From contig JAGBFB010000023.1 in assembly GCA_017936665.1 (NCBI GenBank), positions 46,457 to 70,456 on the forward strand: DNA of 24,000 nucleotides, written 5' to 3'. Every line of letters begins with the position of its first letter. The stretch's first letter is position 1. Shown in pieces: positions 15,781-23,801 of the stretch. A model generated the notes under the pieces. The model worked only from the letters and a program-made list of their open reading frames with translations, ran no database searches and was not told where the DNA came from. This DNA is from Spirochaetaceae bacterium (GTDB lineage: Bacteria > Spirochaetota > Spirochaetia > Treponematales > Treponemataceae). Made by a program: the position numbers and the translations under genes.

Positions 15781-16776
15781 TTAATTGAGTTTTTTTATTT
15801 CCCAACATTTATGAATTTTTTTATTTTTAAAATCTTCTGGAATTGTTGCATTTGTAATATCTTTTACAATAATGTCGGGTGGCAATAAGGTTGTATCAAA
15901 TTTAAGTTTTTTACTGTTTGTAGAAAAGTATAAAACTCCATCTGGTGTTAAGCATTTTAAACAAAGTTCAATAAATTTTGACCAATCTCGGTTTATGTCC
16001 AAATCATTTTGTGTTTTTTTAGAATTTGAAAAAGTTGGGGGATCTAAAATTATTATGTCGTATTTTTCATTATTTTTTTCTAAAAATGATTTTACATCGC
16101 TATTTATAAAAGTGTATTTTTCATTTGAAGAAGATAATCCGTTTAGTTCAAAATTCTTTTTAGCCCAAGATAAATAAGTATTTGATAAATCTACTGATGT
16201 AACTTTTTTTGCTCCTGATTTTGCAGCGTAAACTGAAAAAGAAGCCGTATAACAAAAAAGATTTAAAACAGATTTATTATTTGCTTGTTCTTGTACAATT
16301 TTTCTAAGTGGACGATGGTCAAAAAATAATCCAGTATCTAAATAATTTGATAAATTTACTAAAAATAAATGTCCTTGCTCAATAACTCGGATAATAACAG
16401 AATTTTTGTTTTCTTTTTCGTATTGGTTTTCGCCTTTTTGTTTTTTACGAATTTTTAAGAAAATATTATTTGTACTTACTTCTAAAAGAGTTGCAACCTT
16501 GCAGGATAAAAATTGTAACCAAGAATTTTCTTCTGATTCATCTTTTTCGTAAGGACGTTCGTATAAGTAAAATACAAGAAATTTTTCGCTAAAATTTGTG
16601 TTTTCGTCAGCTCTAAAACCTTCATAAAAATCTATTGCCAAAGGAATTTCTGGAATATCTTTATCATAAATTCTGAAAGATGAAATATTGCATCTTTTTG
16701 CCCATTTTTTTAGATGCTTAAAACGTTTAGAGATTCTATTACATAAAATTTCAGCTTGATAATCAATTTTTTCCAT
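15781..16776 (-). CDS. Class I SAM-dependent rRNA methyltransferase (RlmK/RlmI-like)
   Basis: The N-terminus, LCNRISKRFKHLKKWAKRCNISSFRIYDKDIPEIPLAIDFY, resembles the RlmKL C-terminal module. SAM-binding VLNLFCYTASFSVYAAKSGA and the catalytic IILDPPTFS motif are present. It starts 10 nt after the rex stop. Confidence 0.7.
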   Translation of the reverse strand: MEKIDYQAEILCNRISKRFKHLKKWAKRCNISSFRIYDKDIPEIPLAIDFYEGFRADENTNFSEKFLVFYLYERPYEKDESEENSWLQFLSCKVATLLEVSTNNIFLKIRKKQKGENQYEKENKNSVIIRVIEQGHLFLVNLSNYLDTGLFFDHRPLRKIVQEQANNKSVLNLFCYTASFSVYAAKSGAKKVTSVDLSNTYLSWAKKNFELNGLSSSNEKYTFINSDVKSFLEKNNEKYDIIILDPPTFSNSKKTQNDLDINRDWSKFIELCLKCLTPDGVLYFSTNSKKLKFDTTLLPPDIIVKDITNATIPEDFKNKKIHKCWEIKKLN

Positions 16777-16786
16777 AAAAATACTC

Positions 16787-17437
16787 TTATTCTTTTACAA
16801 GTTTAGGTTTTTGTGCATCCATTTTTACACACAAAAGAGCATATCCTGAAGTTAAATCTTCTTGTTGAGAAACTATTTCTTGTGGAAGATTCAATTTTTC
16901 ATTTGTAAAATTCCAAATAGCTTTTATTCCAGCTCTGATAACTCTATTTGCTGTTACTTGAGCATATTGTGATGGAACTGTTAAAACTGCAATTGTTACA
17001 TCTAAATTTTTAACTTGCTCATTTAAAGTGTTCATTGAAAAAACAGGAACACCGTGAATGTATGTGCCAATTTTTGATTCATCATTGTCGAATGCAGCAA
17101 CAAAATTTAATCCATGACTTTGAAATCCTGGGTAACCGATTAAGGCTGTTGCTAAATTTCCTGCACCTACGATTATTGCATTTTTAGTATTGTCCCAACT
17201 TAAATAGTGTTCTATTGCTGCAATTAAAGGTACTATAGGATATCCTTTTTTAGGTTTTCCTATGATTCCTGTGATTGCTAAATCTTTTCTAACTTGAATT
17301 GGTTCAACTTGTAATTCTTGTGCAATGACTGTTCCTGATATAAATTCGTAGCCTTCTTCTTGTGCCTGTCTAATTAAGTTCAAATATGTTGGTAATCTTT
17401 TTATCGATGGTATTCCTAAAATTTTTTTCTTATCCAT
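16787..17437 (-). CDS. rex: Redox-sensing transcriptional repressor Rex
   Basis: Winged-helix N-terminus IPSIKRLPTYLNLIRQAQEEGYEFISGTVIAQELQVEPIQVRKDL. NAD(H) Rossmann motif IIVGAGNLATALIGYPGF ... VAAFDND. Confidence 0.9.
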   Translation of the reverse strand: MDKKKILGIPSIKRLPTYLNLIRQAQEEGYEFISGTVIAQELQVEPIQVRKDLAITGIIGKPKKGYPIVPLIAAIEHYLSWDNTKNAIIVGAGNLATALIGYPGFQSHGLNFVAAFDNDESKIGTYIHGVPVFSMNTLNEQVKNLDVTIAVLTVPSQYAQVTANRVIRAGIKAIWNFTNEKLNLPQEIVSQQEDLTSGYALLCVKMDAQKPKLVKE

Positions 17438-17505
17438 TAATTTTCCTATTAAAATAATTTATTAACATTTTAATATAGATTATATCTTTTTACAACTACA
17501 TATTA

Positions 17506-17534
17506 TTGATAAAAAACTTTGCTTGCAGTATTAT
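17506..17534 (+). promoter_or_regulatory. Candidate sigma-70 promoter of alr (TTGATA-17 nt-TATTAT)
   Basis: TTGATA at 17506-17511, a 17-nt spacer, TATTAT at 17529-17534. The -10 ends only 9 nt before ATG 17544, and no SD intervenes. Confidence 0.45.
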
Positions 17535-17543
17535 ATATTTATT

Positions 17544-18692
17544 ATGAGAGCAACTAGAGCTATAATTCATTTAGATAATTTACGATTTAATATAAACGAG
17601 ATAAAAAAATTAATTCCACAAGGTACAAAAATTTGTTTTCCTGTAAAAGCAGATGGATATGGACATGGAGCAGTAGATTTAGCAAAAGTTGCTCTTGAAC
17701 AAGGTATTTATTGTTTAGCAGTTGCAACAGTTGATGAAGGTATTTTTCTTAGAAATGCAGGTTTAGAATGCCCTATAATGCTTTTTAGTTTGCCATGTTT
17801 AGAAGAACTTGATTTACTTGTTAAAAACGATTTAACACCCTTTGTTTTTGAAGAATATTTTGTAGAAGAATTAAATAAGGTTGCAAAGAAAAATAACAAA
17901 ATAATTAATGTTCATATAAAAATTGATACTGGTATGGCTAGAATCGGTTGTGATTATACAGAAGTTCTTCCCCTTGCACAAAAAATAAAAAGTTTGTCTA
18001 ATTTAAATTTACAAGGATTAGGAACTCATCTATGTGTTTCTGATTCAATTAAAAAAGATGATGTTAAATTTACTCTTTCACAAATATCAAAAATCGACAA
18101 ATCTGTAAAAATTCTTAATGAAAATGATATTTACTTAGAAATTGTACATTGTGCTGCTTCTGGTGGAGTTTTGATGTATCCTAATGCAATTTTTGATATG
18201 ATTCGTCCTGGAATTTTATTCTACGGATATTTTCCTGATGAAATCGTGAAAAAATATCTTAATAAAAATAAAAAAGATGTTCCATTATTAAAACCTGTTA
18301 TGGAATTAGAAACACGAATTGAAACTATTAAAAAAATTTCAAAAGGGCAGAGTGTTTCTTATGGTCGCACATGGAAAGCAAAAAAAGATACTTACCTTGC
18401 AACAATTCCGATTGGTTATGCTGACGGTCTTTTGCGTCAATTTTCTTCAAAATTAAAAGTAAAAATAAACGATAAAATGTATCCAATTGTAGGTAGAATT
18501 TGTATGGATCAATGTATGATTGATTTAGGGGAATCTACAGATGTAAAAATCTGGGATAAGGTAACAATTTTTGGTCCTGTTAATTCTGATGAACTTGGAA
18601 ATACTGCTCAAACTCTAGCAAATCTTGCAAAAACAATTCCCTATGAAATTACATGTTCTGTGGACAAGCGTGTTCCACGGGATTATGTGTAA
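17544..18692 (+). CDS. alr: Alanine racemase
   Basis: RATRAIIHLDNLRFNI start region. PLP-lysine motif FPVKADGYGHG, plus VSYGRTW, IPIGYADG and GRICMDQCMIDL. ATG 17544 is preferred over the track start TTG 17523. Confidence 0.93.
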   Translation: MRATRAIIHLDNLRFNINEIKKLIPQGTKICFPVKADGYGHGAVDLAKVALEQGIYCLAVATVDEGIFLRNAGLECPIMLFSLPCLEELDLLVKNDLTPFVFEEYFVEELNKVAKKNNKIINVHIKIDTGMARIGCDYTEVLPLAQKIKSLSNLNLQGLGTHLCVSDSIKKDDVKFTLSQISKIDKSVKILNENDIYLEIVHCAASGGVLMYPNAIFDMIRPGILFYGYFPDEIVKKYLNKNKKDVPLLKPVMELETRIETIKKISKGQSVSYGRTWKAKKDTYLATIPIGYADGLLRQFSSKLKVKINDKMYPIVGRICMDQCMIDLGESTDVKIWDKVTIFGPVNSDELGNTAQTLANLAKTIPYEITCSVDKRVPRDYV

Positions 18693-18774
18693 TGTTATAG
18701 ATAAAATAAATTATCTTTATCGTTCTAAGTTTTAAATGTTAAAGTAGAATTTCTCAAAATTTTCAAAATTCCAT

Positions 18775-18802
18775 AAAAAAAAGCCACCTAAAAAGGTGGC
18801 TT
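18775..18802 (-). terminator. Rho-independent terminator downstream of tRNA-Pro (minus strand)
   Basis: The plus strand reads AAAAAAAAGCCACC-TAAAAA-GGTGGCT. On the minus strand this gives a 7-bp GC-rich stem followed by a T7-8 run. It may also stop alr transcription from the other side, but less efficiently because no T-run follows on that strand. Confidence 0.7.
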
Positions 18803-18808
18803 ACTTAG

Positions 18809-18881
18809 TCGGGATGACAGGATTTGAACCTGCGACATTCTGGTCCCAAACCAGACGCGCTACCAGCTGCGCTACATCCCG
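18809..18881 (-). tRNA. tRNA-Pro (anticodon UGG)
   Basis: The reverse complement folds by hand: CGGGATG-TA-GCGC-AGCTGGTA-GCGC-G-TCTGG-TTTGGGA-CCAGA-ATGTC-GCAGG-TTCAAAT-CCTGT-CATCCCG-A. No encoded CCA. Confidence 0.9.
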
Positions 18882-18892
18882 ATTACTTTTAT

Positions 18893-18921
18893 ACTATATA
18901 ATTTTTACAAAAAAGTGTCAA
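18893..18921 (-). promoter_or_regulatory. Sigma-70-type promoter of tRNA-Pro (TTGACA-17 nt-TATAGT on the minus strand)
   Basis: The minus strand has TTGACA (plus 18916-18921), a 17-nt spacer and TATAGT (plus 18893-18898). This is the same hexamers and spacing as the tRNA-Glu promoter. Confidence 0.65.
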
Positions 18922-18939
18922 TACTTTTTGACTTTTCTT

Positions 18940-19626
18940 TTATTGTTTCTTAAATAAAAATAAATCTTGAATTTTTAATGAATATGTTGAATTTAACGAT
19001 TTTCGTATTCTATTTTCTTTCATTATTGGTAAATTAAGAGCATAATTTATAGTTTCATATCCTTCTGCAGAAATTTCAAATGTAAAATTAAATATTTTTG
19101 ATTGGTCATCTGCTGGTTGTGATTTTATCCAAAAACTGTATGTTGCCTTAGTTGCTTTTGTGGTCACGCAAGGATTTGACCAGGTATGATCTATCATCGG
19201 TACTAATTCATTATTCATTTTTAGTGAAACTGATGCATTTGCAAGAGGTTCAAATGTATCTCCATCATATACAAACCCGATAAAAGTAGGAAAGTTATAA
19301 AAATCACCAATTTCGTTTTGTAGTTCATCAGCGTTATTTTGTGCGTGAAATGGACGTTGTACAGAACTAACAATTCTCATAGCTTCAAAAATTAATGAAT
19401 CCATGTCTGCTTTCTGTTGAGCATCTGTTGAAGATACATTGTGATTCATTCCACGACCAGAAACGATGTATTTTGGTGGAATTCTATTTAAAACATAGGT
19501 TGCTGTATCAAGTTTGCATTGTTCGCAATCGCAAGTTAGCCACGCAACTCCTTGTTCTTTTGCTTGATTATAAATATTACTTACTCTTTCGATAACTTCT
19601 TCTTCAAGAATATTGTGAACTGTCAT
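18940..19626 (-). CDS. ComFB-like domain protein fused to a carboxypeptidase-regulatory-like beta-sandwich domain
   Basis: The N-terminal 65 aa or so, HNILEEEVIERV...WLTCDCEQCKLDTATYVLNRIPPKYIVSGRG, fit the ComFB signature (CxCxxCxxD ... LN.LPP.Y). The C-terminal half contains FIGFVYDGDTFEPLANASVSLK, typical of CarboxypepD_reg-like domains. Confidence 0.6.
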   Translation of the reverse strand: MTVHNILEEEVIERVSNIYNQAKEQGVAWLTCDCEQCKLDTATYVLNRIPPKYIVSGRGMNHNVSSTDAQQKADMDSLIFEAMRIVSSVQRPFHAQNNADELQNEIGDFYNFPTFIGFVYDGDTFEPLANASVSLKMNNELVPMIDHTWSNPCVTTKATKATYSFWIKSQPADDQSKIFNFTFEISAEGYETINYALNLPIMKENRIRKSLNSTYSLKIQDLFLFKKQ

Positions 19627-19667
19627 AATTTCCTACCTTTAGATATTTTAAAGTTTTCAATATATAA

Positions 19668-19696
19668 ATTATACACTCATTAAAGCAAATCTTCAA
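19668..19696 (-). promoter_or_regulatory. Candidate promoter for the ComFB-like gene (TTGAAG-17 nt-TATAAT on the minus strand)
   Basis: The minus strand has TTGAAG (plus 19691-19696, inside the HD gene 3' end), a 17-nt spacer, and TATAAT preceded by TG (plus 19668-19675). An AAGGTAGGA SD precedes the ATG. Confidence 0.45.
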
Positions 19697-20915
19697 TGTG
19701 ATTTTTTATTTTTTCAATTTCATTGTTAGTTTTATTTTTAAGGATTTCTGTATCAAAAGCAAATCGAATAAATCTCAATTTTTCGGTAAAGGATTTTACT
19801 GTTTCTGGAGTAAAAACTGTTGAACTATTACTAAATTCTGTGTTTTCATCTTTTATCCAAAGATTACTTTCAAAAGAAATTTTTTCTGGAATATCAATTA
19901 ATATTTCATATTCTTTACAACCACATTCAATTGCGATGTTAGTTTCTAATTTGGTTCGTTCTTCTAAATTTTCAAGTTTTACATGATTAGGATTTTTTTC
20001 ATTAAATGGAATTTCTAAAATGACAGTATAAAAATTTTTATCTAAAATTTGTTTTCCACAATGCCAAATTTCTGGATTGTTTTTATATGATTTTTCGATT
20101 ATTTGAAAAAGAGATTCATCAAAAAGGGAGTAGAGTTGTTCTGGTAAAATTTCATTATTTTTTAGGGCCGAAAAAAGATTTTTTTTCATCATTGCTGTAA
20201 CGATTCTAACCGTTTTGTGCCAATAAACCGTTCTATACATCAAATATTTTGAAAAAAGCAAATTTTCTACTGCTACAATTGATTTTGAATTTATTGTAAT
20301 TCCTTTTTGAAAATCTGGTTCAAGGGCTGCCAAAGTAAATTCAGTATCTTGAATGCCGTATGGAACTCCGCAGTAAAATGCATCTCTATTTAAGTAATCT
20401 AATTTATCTGGATCTAAAACTCCAGAAAGTAACTGACGATAAAATAAAATTTCTTTATTATCTGTTTGAATATTTTTATCAACAATCGCTGCAACAAAAA
20501 AAGGTTTCGTTCCAGCTTTTTCAATTAAAGGCGTAATTGAAGAATTAAGCACAATTTCGCCAGTTAATTCTTCGTGATCTTTTAAAGGAAGTTCTTTTAA
20601 TGCGTGAGTGTAAGGAAAATGTCCTAAATCGTGGCAAAGGGAAGCAATCTGAAAAGCCAAAATTCCTTCTTTTGTTGTCCATTCAGAAGCTCCCTTTTTT
20701 TGCAAATGTTGTATTAATTTTGAAGCAATATGATAAACTCCCAGAGAATGTGCAAATCGAGTATGAGTTGCACCAGGATACACAAAATGTGTAGGACCAA
20801 GTTGCTTAATATTCGCTATTCTAGTAAATTCTCTTGTGTTTGTAATATCAAGCAATTCTTGTGAGATTTCTATATTTTTCCAAAGTGAATCACGAACAAT
20901 TTGCAAAAGTTTCAC
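19680..20915 (-). CDS. HD-domain phosphohydrolase, SAMHD1/dNTP triphosphohydrolase-like (COG1078-type)
   Basis: IVRDSLWKNIEIS...TREFTRIANIKQLG N-terminus. HD metal motifs THTRFAHSLGV and LCHDLGHFPYTH, then DPDKLDYLNRDAFYCGVPYG. GTG start 14 nt after the aconitase stop. Confidence 0.8.
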   Translation of the reverse strand: MKLLQIVRDSLWKNIEISQELLDITNTREFTRIANIKQLGPTHFVYPGATHTRFAHSLGVYHIASKLIQHLQKKGASEWTTKEGILAFQIASLCHDLGHFPYTHALKELPLKDHEELTGEIVLNSSITPLIEKAGTKPFFVAAIVDKNIQTDNKEILFYRQLLSGVLDPDKLDYLNRDAFYCGVPYGIQDTEFTLAALEPDFQKGITINSKSIVAVENLLFSKYLMYRTVYWHKTVRIVTAMMKKNLFSALKNNEILPEQLYSLFDESLFQIIEKSYKNNPEIWHCGKQILDKNFYTVILEIPFNEKNPNHVKLENLEERTKLETNIAIECGCKEYEILIDIPEKISFESNLWIKDENTEFSNSSTVFTPETVKSFTEKLRFIRFAFDTEILKNKTNNEIEKIKNHIEDLL

Positions 20916-20929
20916 CTGTTTTATTAATC

Positions 20930-22960
20930 TTACTGTCCGCCCATTCTTGTGTAAGAAGCAAGTCCACCAGCTTTTAAAATTGCACGGCTTCTTTCATCAA
21001 GCGAGTTTGTTCCAACAATTGATTTTGTTCCATTTTTGCCAGTAACTGTAATTTCAAAATCTGTGCCATTTTCAAGTGAAGAATTGATATTTGAAATTTC
21101 CATTACATCATCTTGTGAAATTAAATCGTAATCACTTGGATTTGCAAAAGTAATAGGAATAATTCCGTAATTGATTAGGTTTGCTTTGTGGATTCTTGCA
21201 AAAGATTTTACGATGACTGCACGAACTCCTAAATACATTGGAGCAAGGGCAGCGTGTTCTCTTGATGAACCTTGACCGTAATTTTCACCACCAACTACAA
21301 AACAACCTTTTTGGCTTAAAGATGTGGCTCTGTTGTAAAATTCAGTATCTAAGCGTTCAAATGTGAACTTAGAAATTTCTGGAATATTTGAACGAAGTGG
21401 CAATACTTTTGCTCCTGCTGGCATAATATCATCTGTAGAAACATTGTCATTTGCCTTTAACAATACTGGTAATTTTAAGTTATCTTGCATTGCAGGACTT
21501 GCAGGACATTCTTTGATGTTAGGCCCACGGATAATTTCTACTTTTGCACTTTCTTCTGGTGAAAGTGGAGCAATTAACATTCCGTCGTCTTTTGCAAAGT
21601 TTTTAATATTTTCTGAATCAAGATTTTTTGCTTTTCCAGAAAGCATACTTGTTCCTTGAGGTACATAAGTTTCGATATCTGATAAAGTTGATGCATCTGT
21701 AATGTAACCTGTGATTGCTGAAGCTGCTGCAGTTTCTGGTGAAACAAGATAAACACTTGCATCTGCTGTTCCACTTCGCCCTTTGAAGTTACGATTAAAT
21801 GTTCTTAAAGTAATTCCTTCTGAGTTTGGTGCAAATCCCATTCCGATACATGGTCCACAAGCACTTTCTAGAATTCTGAATCCAGCTCTAATGAGTTCTC
21901 CTAAAATTCCAGCTTTTTCAGCCATCATAAGAGTTGTTCGGCTTCCAGGTGCAATTCCTGCTTCAACTCCTGGTGCAATATGTTTTCCTTTTACGATTGC
22001 TGCTACTGCGGCTAAGTCGTCTAAAGAACTGTTTGTACAAGAACCAATTGCAACTTGTGTAATTTTTTTACCAGCAATTTTTTCAATATCTGTAACTGCG
22101 TCAGGGGAGTGTGGTTGTGCTGCTTTTGCTTTTAGAGTTGACAAATCAATTTCGATAATTTTGTCGTATTCAGCACCTTCGTCGGCACAAAGTTCTGTCC
22201 AAAGTTCCCCACGACCCATTGAGTCTAAGAAAGCTTTTGTAGTGAGGTCTGAAGGGAAGATACTACATGTTGCTCCAAGTTCAGCTCCCATGTTTGTAAT
22301 AGTTGCTCTTTGTGGAACTGTTAGAGATTGTACACCTTCGCCAAAATATTCGTAAACAGCACCAACTCCACCTTTTACAGTTTCTTTTTCAAGAACTGCT
22401 AAAATGATGTCTTTTGCACTGATTCCTTTATTTAATTTTCCTGTAAGTTTTACACCAAAAACTTTTGGCATTGCCAAGTGAAAAGCACCTCCACCCATAG
22501 CAACTGCAACATCAAGACCACCAGCTCCGATAGCAATCATACCAATTCCACCGCCTGTTGGAGTGTGTGAGTCTGAACCTAAAAGAGTTTTTCCTGGTAC
22601 TCCAAATCTTTCTAAGTGAACTTGGTGACAAATTCCGTTTCCTGGACGAGAAAAATAAATTCCGTATTTTGCAGCAATACTTTGTAAGTATCTGTGGTCA
22701 TCCATATTTCTAAAGTCAGTTTGAAGTGTGTTATGATCGATATATGAAACAGAAACTTCTGTTTTTACTCGTGGAATTCCAATTGTTTCAAACTGAAGAT
22801 ATGCCATAGTTCCTGTAGCATCTTGAGTTAAAGTTTGATCAATTTTTATTGCAATATCGCTTCCTCTTTTTATAGGTGAGCCTTTTATAAATTCTGTGTT
22901 TTTGCAAGCTTCTGGAACGATGTGAGCTTGAAGGATTTTTTCAGCTAAAGTTAATGCCAT
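20930..22960 (-). CDS. acn: Aconitate hydratase (aconitase family; catalytic and swivel domains in one chain)
   Basis: MALTLAEKIL start. IDQTLTQDATG, LGSDSHTPTGGG, Fe-S ligand regions IGSCTNSS and CGPCIGMG, and swivel domain GENYGQGSSREHAALAP. AGGAG SD upstream. GC content is visibly higher than in the flanks, as expected for a highly conserved enzyme. Confidence 0.9.
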   Translation of the reverse strand: MALTLAEKILQAHIVPEACKNTEFIKGSPIKRGSDIAIKIDQTLTQDATGTMAYLQFETIGIPRVKTEVSVSYIDHNTLQTDFRNMDDHRYLQSIAAKYGIYFSRPGNGICHQVHLERFGVPGKTLLGSDSHTPTGGGIGMIAIGAGGLDVAVAMGGGAFHLAMPKVFGVKLTGKLNKGISAKDIILAVLEKETVKGGVGAVYEYFGEGVQSLTVPQRATITNMGAELGATCSIFPSDLTTKAFLDSMGRGELWTELCADEGAEYDKIIEIDLSTLKAKAAQPHSPDAVTDIEKIAGKKITQVAIGSCTNSSLDDLAAVAAIVKGKHIAPGVEAGIAPGSRTTLMMAEKAGILGELIRAGFRILESACGPCIGMGFAPNSEGITLRTFNRNFKGRSGTADASVYLVSPETAAASAITGYITDASTLSDIETYVPQGTSMLSGKAKNLDSENIKNFAKDDGMLIAPLSPEESAKVEIIRGPNIKECPASPAMQDNLKLPVLLKANDNVSTDDIMPAGAKVLPLRSNIPEISKFTFERLDTEFYNRATSLSQKGCFVVGGENYGQGSSREHAALAPMYLGVRAVIVKSFARIHKANLINYGIIPITFANPSDYDLISQDDVMEISNINSSLENGTDFEITVTGKNGTKSIVGTNSLDERSRAILKAGGLASYTRMGGQ

Positions 22961-23052
22961 TTGTATAAATCACTCCTAAATTAAATTATTGAATTTTATG
23001 GTTTTATTTTAATCATTACAGGCTTTTATGTCTATAATAAAGATTTTTTTTG

Positions 23053-23061
23053 TGATATAAT
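23053..23061 (+). promoter_or_regulatory. Extended -10 element TGATATAAT upstream of the lipoprotein gene
   Basis: TG at 23053-23054, then one base, then TATAAT at 23056-23061. This ends 8 nt before ATG 23070, with no SD in between. Confidence 0.45.
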
Positions 23062-23069
23062 AATTTTTG

Positions 23070-23801
23070 ATGAAGAAGTTTATTTTTGAAATTTTTAGTA
23101 TTTTTATATTTTTTATAGTTTTTTCCTGCTCAGATTCTAAAACTGCAATTATCGTAACACAAGCAGATAATTCTTTGCGTAATCAAATGGCACATTTGGA
23201 TAACAATATTTTATGGACACAAAATCTTGATAATATTTTAAAAGAAGAAGAAAACGCTGAAGAAAATTACGAAGATTCAGAAGAATTTAAAAGACTTTTA
23301 CCACATGAGCAACGAGAATACATAAGAAAAAAAGAAGAAGAAAAAGAAAAAAATAAACGAAAAATTCCTGAAGGATTACAAGAAGTAGCTTTTCATGAAA
23401 GATTGTTTTATCCCAAAAATCACCCCCCAATGGAACCTTTATATCCAGAAATTATTGATTTTGGTAGTTTAGATTTATCTCTCTTGGCTCCAGAAGTTAA
23501 AGTTGTAATTGATAAATTTATACAAGGAATGAATGAAGAAAAACTTGAAATAGACTGTATTTCACCAGAAACACGATTTTTAGAACCAATTTTTCTTGAA
23601 GATTTTTCTAGTATTCAGAATATAGATTCTTACATTATAGGGAAACCAATTATTATTCAAAATGAATATCTAAACGAATATCAAGTTCCAGTTAGAATGA
23701 AGTGTGAAAATGGATATTACGACAGTTTGTTTTTTTTAGTAAATTTGCAAGATTCTTTTTTTATTGAACAAGTAAATTATGGGAGTTTTATAAGTGAGTG
23801 A
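23070..23801 (+). CDS. Hypothetical lipoprotein with a Glu/Lys-rich segment
   Basis: Signal peptide with a lipobox-like FIVFSC followed by SDSK. Charged low-complexity stretch KEEENAEENYEDSEEF...RKKEEEKEKNKRK. No family recognised. Confidence 0.6.
   Translation: MKKFIFEIFSIFIFFIVFSCSDSKTAIIVTQADNSLRNQMAHLDNNILWTQNLDNILKEEENAEENYEDSEEFKRLLPHEQREYIRKKEEEKEKNKRKIPEGLQEVAFHERLFYPKNHPPMEPLYPEIIDFGSLDLSLLAPEVKVVIDKFIQGMNEEKLEIDCISPETRFLEPIFLEDFSSIQNIDSYIIGKPIIIQNEYLNEYQVPVRMKCENGYYDSLFFLVNLQDSFFIEQVNYGSFISE

Noticed and set aside
15872-16177. 101-aa plus-strand ORF inside the methyltransferase gene
   Set aside because: It is antisense to a 331-aa ORF with clear SAM-methyltransferase motifs, and its own sequence is low-complexity F/S/K-rich.
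17455-17475. Possible Rex autoregulatory site upstream of rex (TGTTAATAAATTATTTTA on the minus strand)
   Set aside because: Only one half-site resembles TTGTTAA, and the partner half matches at about 3 of 7 positions. This is not distinguishable from AT-rich background.
21783-22355. 190-aa plus-strand ORF (and the 98-aa ORF at 21363-21659) inside the aconitase gene
   Set aside because: It is entirely antisense to a strongly supported 676-aa aconitase. The sequence is Ala/Ser/Pro-rich low-complexity, typical of the reverse frame of a relatively GC-richer gene. It has no SD or promoter. It is a shadow ORF.
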